Part shown: piece after piece, positions 45,862 to 53,940 of the stretch
Layout: the number at the start of each line of letters is the position of its first letter
Position numbering within the stretch: position 1 is the stretch's first letter
Made by a program: the position numbers and the translations under genes
IMG/VR virus record: IMGVR_UViG_3300023488_000162
DNA: 64,000 bases
Origin: a virus
Direction: 5' to 3' (one strand)
Notes under the pieces: generated by a model
Databases searched by the model: none
The model's input: only the letters and a program-made list of their open reading frames with translations
Told to the model about the DNA's origin: nothing

Positions 45862-46776
45862 GAAGTATTCGATCCAGCCCTTGTATCCTTGCCGGAAACT
45901 AATGTAGGCAACCTTGCTGCACTTTCTTCCGATAATGTCCGCAAGAGGATCTTTACCATTTCCGAAACTAAGTTCTGCAAGATTAAATTCTGGATGAGTT
46001 TTACAGTAGTTATAAACCTTGACATACTCGCCGTTTCTGGTCAGATGTCTTCGATCTAAAGCCTTTGAATGATATCTTCTTTCGAGAATATCATTCAAGC
46101 GCGTGAAATAACTATGAATTGTGTTTGTAGACATTCTTGAATCACTGTCTGCACCAGTTCTATCCTCTGTTTTGCGAAGGATGTAATCACCATTTATGAC
46201 ATAAAACGTTCTGTATCCACCCATATTTGGAGCATCGTATTGTTTCATTTCATAACACTGCTTGATGATATTCATCAATCTCGCGTCAACACCGGTCTTA
46301 TTCAAAACAGTACGTGATTCAAAGTCAACATCGTTAATCGTCAGATTAGAAACTTCTTCAGAAGTAAGGCCAATCCAGTACAGCGCAGCAATCACATTCA
46401 TACGAATCTGATATGGTTCTTCATACTTATCCAAGAAATCAACAAACTCATCAACTGACGCAAAATACTTGTCCTCGTACATATTGTCTGAACTCACATC
46501 GCTTTCCGAGAATTCAGCTAAGTCATACATGCTCGCTCGATCCTCACTTTTGATGTACCCTGTAATTATCGACTTTACATTTCTGAACGACCGACTTGAG
46601 TTCACCCAATTGTATTTAGCAAACATCTTTACAAAATCATCTTTTGTAAAGTCAAACAACTCATACCCATGTTCAGCCTCATAGTCCATAACGTGACGCA
46701 GTGTCGATATAACAAACTCACCGCTTCTATCAGAATACTTTTCGGCAAAAGCTTTGATTTTTTCTTCAGTAAGCAT
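45850..46776 (-). CDS. Hypothetical protein with weak resemblance to the tyrosine-recombinase fold (catalytic residues not confirmed)
   Basis: ALYWIGLTSEEVSNLTINDVD resembles the box-I region, but Thr sits where the Arg is expected. HSYFTRL is a possible box II. Confidence 0.25.
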   Translation of the reverse strand: MLTEEKIKAFAEKYSDRSGEFVISTLRHVMDYEAEHGYELFDFTKDDFVKMFAKYNWVNSSRSFRNVKSIITGYIKSEDRASMYDLAEFSESDVSSDNMYEDKYFASVDEFVDFLDKYEEPYQIRMNVIAALYWIGLTSEEVSNLTINDVDFESRTVLNKTGVDARLMNIIKQCYEMKQYDAPNMGGYRTFYVINGDYILRKTEDRTGADSDSRMSTNTIHSYFTRLNDILERRYHSKALDRRHLTRNGEYVKVYNYCKTHPEFNLAELSFGNGKDPLADIIGRKCSKVAYISFRQGYKGWIEYFHKN

Positions 46777-46827
46777 AGTGGCACACTCCTTCTTATTATG
46801 TAGTGTACCATTAAACCTGAGAACAAA

Positions 46828-47247
46828 TCAAGCAAATGCGGCAAAATTCTGAAAATCTATAGTATGTTGTACGCCACTCAGGAACGCTGCGAGCAAAAAC
46901 GGTTCATCCTTGCATCTTGCCATTGCGATCATATTCATCTGACACTCCGACAAGACACCAAGTTTCTTGATGAACTGTCCTTTGTTAAGTGTATCAGTCT
47001 CTTCGCAGAGAACGATACTATCAACCTCTAGGAACTCACAGTCTTCCTTTGAGAGTAGAACATGAACCGGAGAACGCTTATACGTTCTTGAAGATAACGG
47101 ATTCCCCTTGATTGTTGGGCTGAAGAGGTTACGCTTGTTGTTACTTGTCACAACGAACGGTCGAATGCCGCGCTGCTGATGACCTGTCGCATTGGATAGA
47201 TCAACCAACCAAACCTCTCCGACCTTTGGGTCAATATTGTTATCCAT
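46828..47247 (-). CDS. PemK/Kid/MazF-family type II toxin (mRNA interferase endoribonuclease)
   Basis: VGEVWLVDLSNATGHQQRGIRPFVVTS closely parallels Kid/PemK GEIWLVSLDPTAGHEQQGTRPVLIVT, and the downstream core is conserved. Start set at the MDNNID Met, 7 nt after AGAGGAGA. Confidence 0.7.
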   Translation of the reverse strand: MDNNIDPKVGEVWLVDLSNATGHQQRGIRPFVVTSNNKRNLFSPTIKGNPLSSRTYKRSPVHVLLSKEDCEFLEVDSIVLCEETDTLNKGQFIKKLGVLSECQMNMIAMARCKDEPFLLAAFLSGVQHTIDFQNFAAFA

Positions 47248-47284
47248 AGTCATTCTCCTCTACAATGATGTAGCTCCGTTCCAT

Positions 47285-47305
47285 AGCTACATTATACAGG
47301 ATACA
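47285..47305 (+). promoter_or_regulatory. Conserved 21-bp motif, copy G (inverted orientation), between the 121-aa gene and the PemK-like toxin gene
   Basis: TAGCTACATTATACAGGATAC on the + strand. Confidence 0.4.
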
Positions 47306-47338
47306 ATTACAGAAGTCAAGAGGTTTTTGAAAATATTT

Positions 47339-47704
47339 TTAGTGCCCGTACAACTCAGGATTCTCTGATACGAACACACTGGTATTATCGAAGATCATCT
47401 CATACGCTTTCTCTGCACAGCCAGACCTAAGTTCAATTCTCCTTACTTCATGGCATTTTTGTCGCAACTCGATGTGACTCTCATTTCCGAAGAACCCCAC
47501 GCCATTAACAATCCCACCCGTCTCTACGCCAATGTCGTCAATCTTTTTGCAGATCATGTGAATATCCACACCATTACAAACAAAGCAGACCCACACTCGC
47601 TTTTTTCTTATGTACTTTAAAAAATCATCAACCCGTATAACTTTCAAAACCTTTCTATCGCTCATCAAGAATAACCGCCTTCCGCTCACACAAACAACTT
47701 TCAA
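47339..47704 (-). CDS. Hypothetical protein (121 aa) immediately upstream of the PemK-like toxin
   Basis: The ORF has no recognisable antitoxin fold (AbrB/SpoVT, RHH, Phd). Confidence 0.35.
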   Translation of the reverse strand: MKVVCVSGRRLFLMSDRKVLKVIRVDDFLKYIRKKRVWVCFVCNGVDIHMICKKIDDIGVETGGIVNGVGFFGNESHIELRQKCHEVRRIELRSGCAEKAYEMIFDNTSVFVSENPELYGH

Positions 47705-47790
47705 GATATATTATACACAGCCTTTTGTTTTAGTCAATATATTACACATCTTTTTGTTGTATTATTTATCAAAATTTTAGATGATGCCAT

Positions 47791-48405
47791 TCACTCAGCA
47801 TCATCCACAACCAACTTCGAATCATAATAGAACCTATGTGCGCCAAATTGTCCAGCAAAGGTTGCTCCACGCTCGTGCCAACTGCCGGGAGCTGCAGTCG
47901 GGGTTACAAACCATTGAATAGGTTTGTTTGAAATTTTAGCACCATAGTCAAACACCATAGAGACAGCCAGCTCATTCTCTGCCGTAACCTTCCTATTATA
48001 TAAGGAACTATAACCATACTTCTTAAAGACCTGCTGGATGGTTAGACCATCAAGTACAGCGGAATCATAAAGACATTGAGCAACGGCCATCTGGCCTTCC
48101 AAACTGTCAGCACCTGCTTCACAAGCAACAATCTGCTCTGCAAGAGCACGCTCATCATCAGTGAGTTCATGTTTACCCTGGCTAAAGTTCACCACCTTCG
48201 TCTCAACGATTTCCTTTACAAAAATTGTAGGTTCATCGTTCTCATCTTCTTTTGTTGCCTGCGTAACATTATGAACTGATTGATCATTATAATATGTATA
48301 TGTGCCTCCAACTTCAGTATTCGGTAACGCTTTTATTACTAAATTCCCTGCCAGCAGGCACATTATACACACAATAGCAACGCTTTGCTCACGATTTGTT
48401 AACAA
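47791..48405 (-). CDS. SleB/CwlJ-like cell wall hydrolase (Hydrolase_2 family) with N-terminal signal/TM
   Basis: Conserved block ALAEQIVACEAGADSLEGQMAVAQCLYDSA plus an N-terminal hydrophobic segment. Confidence 0.55.
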   Translation of the reverse strand: MLTNREQSVAIVCIMCLLAGNLVIKALPNTEVGGTYTYYNDQSVHNVTQATKEDENDEPTIFVKEIVETKVVNFSQGKHELTDDERALAEQIVACEAGADSLEGQMAVAQCLYDSAVLDGLTIQQVFKKYGYSSLYNRKVTAENELAVSMVFDYGAKISNKPIQWFVTPTAAPGSWHERGATFAGQFGAHRFYYDSKLVVDDAE

Positions 48406-48639
48406 CTTATTAGTGATAAATAAAACCTCCTCTCAACTTTCAATCTCCCAATCGCCTGCATTAAACTCAGTTGATGGATATACACAACGATCCGACATGA
48501 AGCACATGATATTCTGCCCTGTCCCATAAAAATCATAATCAATAACTTTCATTGTGTCCCCGTCTTCGGCCATAATAGTCTGTCCAACTTTTAAAACATC
48601 AAAAGTTTTCATAATATCACTCCTAAAATATTGGTTTTA

Positions 48640-48957
48640 TCAATTACGGTACAAACAATCCGCATCATAATCCAGATATTCCGTCACATTGTCTTCCAGC
48701 AGCATAAACACCATTTTTCCAAACATCTTGTGTGCAGAGTCCATGATTGCTGCGGCCACAGAGTCTGTTTCATCCCACATTCCAAGAACATCCAGAGTCT
48801 TATTAAATGGACCACTCGGCTTATTATTTACGCCATGCTCAAAATCATACAAGTCATAACACAAAGCCAAAAATTCAGTTTGACCCAGATTATTGTCAAT
48901 GTACTGTTTTGCACGCTTAAACTTATCTCTTTTTACCCTTCGCTTCGTTGTAGCCAT
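48640..48957 (-). CDS. Hypothetical protein
   Basis: 105-aa ORF. Confidence 0.3.
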   Translation of the reverse strand: MATTKRRVKRDKFKRAKQYIDNNLGQTEFLALCYDLYDFEHGVNNKPSGPFNKTLDVLGMWDETDSVAAAIMDSAHKMFGKMVFMLLEDNVTEYLDYDADCLYRN

Positions 48958-48967
48958 CTCCTTTTAG

Positions 48968-49546
48968 TTAGCTTTTCACCAATCGGCCTTCGCCATCCAT
49001 TTCGATCTTGCGAATCGATGTCATATCAATCACATCGGGGTTGCACACTACCCAGCTCTCGCAATCATACGAGTATAAATTGGACACAGTAAACACTTCG
49101 CCATTATCTAATCGTTCCTCATTCATTATAAAACGACAAGACATAACCGTTTCTCGACTAAAATGAACTGCGTCATAAAGCTTAACAATCTTGTCCCAAT
49201 CTATAAATCGTTTGTTTTGACTGCAAATTAAAGCACATCCAGGAAGCGAAAGGCACCCAAAGTTCTTCAACAGTTTGACGAAATCATAACGAGTATCAAT
49301 ATCTAAAACTCTGGCGTTAGAATTTAGCTCGTATGCGATTCCATTGCAGTATATAGAAGTGGCAAAATCGTTTTCAAAAACAAACATCGCCCAATCACTT
49401 ACATAATTGTAATTTGGAGTAAAAGTTGAACCCCACAAACCTCCTACCGGCTTATTCAAGAACTGTGATTTTTCTGAATTATGAGGAATTTCAAATTTGT
49501 CTTTATCAAAATTGTCGATACCTAATGTTAGTATCACCGAAGTCAT
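48968..49546 (-). CDS. Hypothetical protein
   Basis: 192-aa ORF preceded by the conserved small-gene leader. Confidence 0.35.
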   Translation of the reverse strand: MTSVILTLGIDNFDKDKFEIPHNSEKSQFLNKPVGGLWGSTFTPNYNYVSDWAMFVFENDFATSIYCNGIAYELNSNARVLDIDTRYDFVKLLKNFGCLSLPGCALICSQNKRFIDWDKIVKLYDAVHFSRETVMSCRFIMNEERLDNGEVFTVSNLYSYDCESWVVCNPDVIDMTSIRKIEMDGEGRLVKS

Positions 49547-49565
49547 CTCCTATAAAAGATTAGTT

Positions 49566-49763
49566 TTATCTGTTAAGCAGTTCTTTGATGTAAAGCGTCT
49601 CAAAACTTTTCAGATGAGGATACTCGTTTCGAGCCATCTTCTCTGCCTGTTCTTCAACACTCAAAATGCTTTCAAAGTCATCATCCACATCAATAACATA
49701 GCACATACATTCATGGTCGTGTTTATCATTCCAACCTTCAAAAAGAGCAACGAACTTTTTCAT
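49566..49763 (-). CDS. Hypothetical small protein
   Basis: 65-aa ORF. Confidence 0.3.
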   Translation of the reverse strand: MKKFVALFEGWNDKHDHECMCYVIDVDDDFESILSVEEQAEKMARNEYPHLKSFETLYIKELLNR

Positions 49764-49790
49764 AATGTATTTCCTCCGTAGAACTTGGTT

Positions 49791-49943
49791 TTACAAGCTT
49801 CTTAAATATTTGTATAGTTCAACTTTTCCTTGGAGCCAGACTGCTTCGTCAGACGATTTGAGATATACAGAGTAAATTTCGTTTGGATGTTCAAAGATTC
49901 TTTCGACTTTCTTTGCCGTTTCCCGGTCTACTAATACGCCCAT
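49791..49943 (-). CDS. Hypothetical 50-aa protein (not in the ORF track)
   Basis: Hand-translated as MGVLVDRETAKKVERIFEHPNEIYSVYLKSSDEAVWLQGKVELYKYLRSL. Preceded by the conserved leader and an AGGAG RBS. Confidence 0.3.
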   Translation of the reverse strand: MGVLVDRETAKKVERIFEHPNEIYSVYLKSSDEAVWLQGKVELYKYLRSL

Positions 49944-49962
49944 TATTATCTCCTTCTAAATC

Positions 49963-50130
49963 TTAGTTTTTATCGTTTTTTTTAATTTCTTCTTCAACCA
50001 CAATGTACGGAATGTTCTCCAAAGATGATCTAAGTAACGCAATCACCGCTCTGCTAGATTTTCCGTCTGCCAATTTTGATACATCTTTTAGCTTTTTTAA
50101 GACATCTTCTCGCTTCACATACTTACCCAT
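49963..50130 (-). CDS. Hypothetical 55-aa protein (not in the ORF track)
   Basis: Hand-translated as MGKYVKREDVLKKLKDVSKLADGKSSRAVIALLRSSLENIPYIVVEEEIKKNDKN. Preceded by the conserved leader and RBS. Confidence 0.3.
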   Translation of the reverse strand: MGKYVKREDVLKKLKDVSKLADGKSSRAVIALLRSSLENIPYIVVEEEIKKNDKN

Positions 50131-50158
50131 TATGATTCTCCTTAAATCTCAGCTTTTA

Positions 50159-50407
50159 TCAAAAATCAGAATGCAGCACAACCGGGGAACGACTGTCTAC
50201 ATCACAGAACACGCACTCCCATTTTGGAGATTCCTCGTAATATTTATAGTTTCCTTGCGGTTTCCATGTTAAAACTAAAACATTTTTTTGACTGCTATAA
50301 TAAGCAGCATTCACCTCTGTTGCATCACATTCCCAGCCGCTATCCGTTTCGATAAAAACATCACTTGGTAGCTTTTCCAGAATCTTAATTAACTCTGTAG
50401 CAATCAT
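50159..50407 (-). CDS. Hypothetical small protein
   Basis: 82-aa ORF with the conserved leader upstream. Confidence 0.3.
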   Translation of the reverse strand: MIATELIKILEKLPSDVFIETDSGWECDATEVNAAYYSSQKNVLVLTWKPQGNYKYYEESPKWECVFCDVDSRSPVVLHSDF

Positions 50408-50435
50408 ATAAAACTCTCCTAGAACTTAACTTTTA

Positions 50436-50657
50436 TCAGATGTCTTTCCACCATTCCGAAATATCTCTCGAATCAATTTCCAGCTTTGTTGTGGACTCAC
50501 GAAAACAACCGCATGAATTATCCCAAGATACAATGGCAATATCCGTTTCTTTCTTGATCTCATACCCATAACGTTTATGAAAATATAAACTCAAAAGATA
50601 CGTCCTCCCGTTTTTGAAGTATTCTGGAATTGGTTCATCAATAATACTGACCCACAT
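50436..50657 (-). CDS. Hypothetical small protein
   Basis: 73-aa ORF with the conserved leader upstream. Confidence 0.3.
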   Translation of the reverse strand: MWVSIIDEPIPEYFKNGRTYLLSLYFHKRYGYEIKKETDIAIVSWDNSCGCFRESTTKLEIDSRDISEWWKDI

Positions 50658-50989
50658 ATTTTCTCCTAAATTCTTAACTTTTATTATCTCTGTGTTCCAT
50701 CACCCGCTGCTCACTCTGAGCGTCAGCAATAGAAGCTACTTTCATCATCTATACACAAGCATAATGTCAGCTCCCATAAGCAAAATTATCATAATCCACA
50801 TTATATTAACCTCACATTTCTTTTGGTTTGTCCATTTCGCGTTGAGGTTGTCTCAAGCATACACCACACGAAGATATTATTCAACACAATTATCAAAATT
50901 ACCAAAATTTTACTAATAATCCTACGTCATCAATAGTTATATCATCGATTTACACATCCTTTTGTTAAGTATCCACAAGAACCCGGATT

Positions 50990-51205
50990 TTATCGACCAT
51001 TGTGTATTGCATTTTCGATCTTGCCATTGATAGAATCGATTTCACGCATCAGCCTACAGCGATAGTTTCCGTTCTTATTAAGTCTGAAACACAAATCCTC
51101 ATCGTCACTCTTGTAACCAATATAGCATCCAGACCGACACAAGCTCGTCGCATCAAGCGCATCTTGTATAACTCGTGCTTCATTGAGAGTCAAATCAATC
51201 TTCAT
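50990..51205 (-). CDS. Hypothetical small protein
   Basis: 71-aa ORF. Confidence 0.3.
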   Translation of the reverse strand: MKIDLTLNEARVIQDALDATSLCRSGCYIGYKSDDEDLCFRLNKNGNYRCRLMREIDSINGKIENAIHNGR

Positions 51206-51220
51206 TGTTGTTCACCACCT

Positions 51221-51508
51221 TTATTCTTCTGCCTTTCCACCAACTCCGGCGATAAACACCCGATGCTTTCCATTCTCGTCACGCTGCCAATCACCACCAA
51301 GCATCTCAATCGTATTCAAGACTGTATGGTAAATCTCAACGAAATCCATTGCCTTTTCTTCATCTCCAAAATCATTGGTATGAATCCAACGCCAATTATT
51401 ATCCAACCAGCTGACAACTTTCATAACACCAGCCCGCAGTTCTTTTTCTTTCGTGTTTGTCATTTTTTCACTTCTTTGTTTTACATATCCTGGTTCACAG
51501 CATTCCAT
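51221..51508 (-). CDS. Hypothetical small protein
   Basis: 95-aa ORF. Confidence 0.3.
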   Translation of the reverse strand: MECCEPGYVKQRSEKMTNTKEKELRAGVMKVVSWLDNNWRWIHTNDFGDEEKAMDFVEIYHTVLNTIEMLGGDWQRDENGKHRVFIAGVGGKAEE

Positions 51509-51990
51509 ACCTCAGTCGAAATCATGTCGTTCTCATCGGATAGGCGATTGATCCAAGCATTGAGCACTTCACGGTACACTGTCATATTTGGACAAAAATG
51601 ACTGTTGGTGAATACCGGCATATCGTCATTACACAGAATTCTCATGATGGCAGCGCACACCGCTGCGGATCTCGATACGCCAGCAGCACAATTCACACAG
51701 AACCAATCGGTCTTATCTGCTTCGTGGTCATCCAAGACAAATTTCACAATATTCCTAGCTTGAACATCCGTAATACATGTACCTTCTAAATCAGTAGTGC
51801 AATCATCAAACTTTAACGGCAGAAAAGTAATATTACCCTCACACTTATGGAAATCAATATGATGACCATTAGCTTCAGTGATTGAGATAAACCGAATCCG
51901 TTCAAAATGTGGCTGTCGGATAAAGTCTTCTGCATCTTCTGCACTCATCACCGAGAATTTCCATTTTCTTCGATACATAGTAACAATCAT
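51481..51990 (-). CDS. Dual-specificity / tyrosine-type protein phosphatase (CX5R)
   Basis: P-loop signature VNCAAGVSRSAAV (C-x5-R-S). Confidence 0.6.
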   Translation of the reverse strand: MIVTMYRRKWKFSVMSAEDAEDFIRQPHFERIRFISITEANGHHIDFHKCEGNITFLPLKFDDCTTDLEGTCITDVQARNIVKFVLDDHEADKTDWFCVNCAAGVSRSAAVCAAIMRILCNDDMPVFTNSHFCPNMTVYREVLNAWINRLSDENDMISTEVWNAVNQDM

Positions 51991-52011
51991 TTAATTTTCC
52001 CTCCAAAGAAT

Positions 52012-52251
52012 TTAGGTTTTATTGGTAATTTTCTCTCGAATACCATTCATATCAAGAATAGTCCTCGTAAACTTCGTATCGTTATACAACTGTGCCTTTA
52101 CATCATCTCTTTTTAGTTCAAGAAAACTTAGGATTTCCGCACCAGTAAAGCCATCGTTATTCGCATCACATCTAAGACTTCCATCACTAAGTTCTGTCCA
52201 AACTACTTCGTACTTCTTCATAAAATTAACCTCCCTTTCATCAAAACACAA
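52012..52251 (-). CDS. Hypothetical small protein
   Basis: 79-aa ORF. Confidence 0.3.
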   Translation of the reverse strand: MCFDEREVNFMKKYEVVWTELSDGSLRCDANNDGFTGAEILSFLELKRDDVKAQLYNDTKFTRTILDMNGIREKITNKT

Positions 52252-52325
52252 ACGGATTACTATTCACTGTTATTATAAGTGCCACATTCAAAACAAACAT
52301 CATAAATGCGGTCATTTTTATCACC

Positions 52326-52514
52326 TCAATCTCTAAATTCAATATCTACAACAATGTTTTCTGGCGCTGTCATATACATTCGTGCAAGCCGTTCTATCAT
52401 TAGTTCCTTATCTCCTAATTTACTTTCTCGTAAAATATACGAAGCAACTCGCTTACCTCTGTACAAGAATACAGCCCAAGCACTCCTTCTTAGCGGATTT
52501 GAAACACAAATCAC
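52326..52514 (-). CDS. Hypothetical small protein
   Basis: 62-aa ORF. Confidence 0.2.
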   Translation of the reverse strand: MICVSNPLRRSAWAVFLYRGKRVASYILRESKLGDKELMIERLARMYMTAPENIVVDIEFRD

Positions 52515-52855
52515 TCCATTGCCTCCTCCAGAGAAGTAGTCACATCACCAAAATCAAAGTCCAGAGCATCAATCATATCATTCAGAGCATCCACGGCATC
52601 AGACAGATTTGTGCAAGCGTTATCTGCTTTGTCGTATCGCTCACTGCCCTGCAGGTTCTCCGGCATATTGTCACGATACTCTTCTTCTTCCCACTGGATA
52701 TCCTCAACATCGGACTTTACACTTTCGACCTCAGACACAAGCTCGTCCAGCTTCTTACGGATGGAATCAAAACGGTCAATGGTCTGCTTAATAGCTTTTC
52801 TACGAACGTTATTCATTTTCAAATCTCCTCTCAATCCACGATACCAAGCTTGCAA
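52511..52855 (-). CDS. Hypothetical acidic coiled-coil protein
   Basis: 114-aa ORF. Confidence 0.3.
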   Translation of the reverse strand: MQAWYRGLRGDLKMNNVRRKAIKQTIDRFDSIRKKLDELVSEVESVKSDVEDIQWEEEEYRDNMPENLQGSERYDKADNACTNLSDAVDALNDMIDALDFDFGDVTTSLEEAME

Positions 52856-53232
52856 ATATTTTTCGGATCAGTGATATAACCAAAAGTCAATGTATTACGC
52901 AGATACCCCTTGTACTCAAATCCACGGTCACGAGCTGCCAAACGACACACATCTCGAATCGCAGATTCTCTTGGCCAAGAGATACCAGCCAGCTGATACT
53001 TCCACTGAAGATCTCTCAGCTTCTGCCACTCAATCACAGGCTTCTTTTCGTTCTCAAAACATAAACCGTTCTGCACGGCATACTTCAGAGCATCACACCG
53101 CTTACTCTCTTCCGATGTACAAGTTCCCCACTCATTTTCCAAACGACGATACGCCCTATCAAACGGCGCTTGCTTCACTGCATCAATACCAAATGCTGCA
53201 CCAAGCAAACCTAAACCAAGTAACAGTCCCAT
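52831..53232 (-). CDS. Putative secreted protein (signal peptide)
   Basis: N-terminus MGLLLGLGLLGAAFG. Confidence 0.35.
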   Translation of the reverse strand: MGLLLGLGLLGAAFGIDAVKQAPFDRAYRRLENEWGTCTSEESKRCDALKYAVQNGLCFENEKKPVIEWQKLRDLQWKYQLAGISWPRESAIRDVCRLAARDRGFEYKGYLRNTLTFGYITDPKNICKLGIVD

Positions 53233-53247
53233 AATTTAAACCTCAAT

Positions 53248-53940
53248 TCACGCTGTTTCCAGCTCTCTTTTAACCAGCGGACGACGCTTTGTTGCATTTT
53301 TTAGCCAATCGTTTCCACTAGGAACTTGTCTATCCACTCTTGTATTACGACCACCACCTATCGGACACACTCGACGGTAATCATCAACAGTCTTGCAGCC
53401 AAGAGATTCGGCTTCATCCAGTGCTTTTCGCACATAAGCCCATGTGCTACCGCCTAGATCAGAGCACTTTCCAATCACGGCAAGAACAAGTTCATCGCCC
53501 ATGCGCTCAACATACCCATTCAAAGCCTTCTTTCCTGTGGCACCAAGTTTCCCGATATTCTCTCTAAATACATTCTCGATAGATTTCGTCGTTGTCGTCT
53601 CATCACAAGACGAAGACGATATCTTATCTTTTTCTTTCTCTTTTTCTTTTTCTAGCTTGCTTTTGCTTACACTTGTTTCACTTTGCTTGCGTTTGCTTTC
53701 GCCACCAGCTTTTCCAGAAATACGCTTACCTTCGATGTATTCAGCATCTTTAATTAAATCTCTCTTTATAGCAGGCCACACATACCGCTCATTTCCGTTG
53801 AGTTCAGGCTCCGTTCCAGACGATTTATATTTCATCATCGCCAGTACCAAACGCCCCACCTCAGCAGCACTAAGTGGTTCAAAGTAGCTCTCATAGGTAT
53901 CCCAGATTTTAATATAAGTATCAGCCATCATACACCTCAA
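53248..53940 (-). CDS. DnaD-domain-like replication/primosome-associated protein
   Basis: C-terminal LAVIGKCSDLGGSTWAYVRKALDEAESLGCKTVDDY resembles the DnaD/DnaB_2 C-terminal domain. Low-complexity KEKEKEK linker. Confidence 0.4.
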   Translation of the reverse strand: MRCMMADTYIKIWDTYESYFEPLSAAEVGRLVLAMMKYKSSGTEPELNGNERYVWPAIKRDLIKDAEYIEGKRISGKAGGESKRKQSETSVSKSKLEKEKEKEKDKISSSSCDETTTTKSIENVFRENIGKLGATGKKALNGYVERMGDELVLAVIGKCSDLGGSTWAYVRKALDEAESLGCKTVDDYRRVCPIGGGRNTRVDRQVPSGNDWLKNATKRRPLVKRELETA

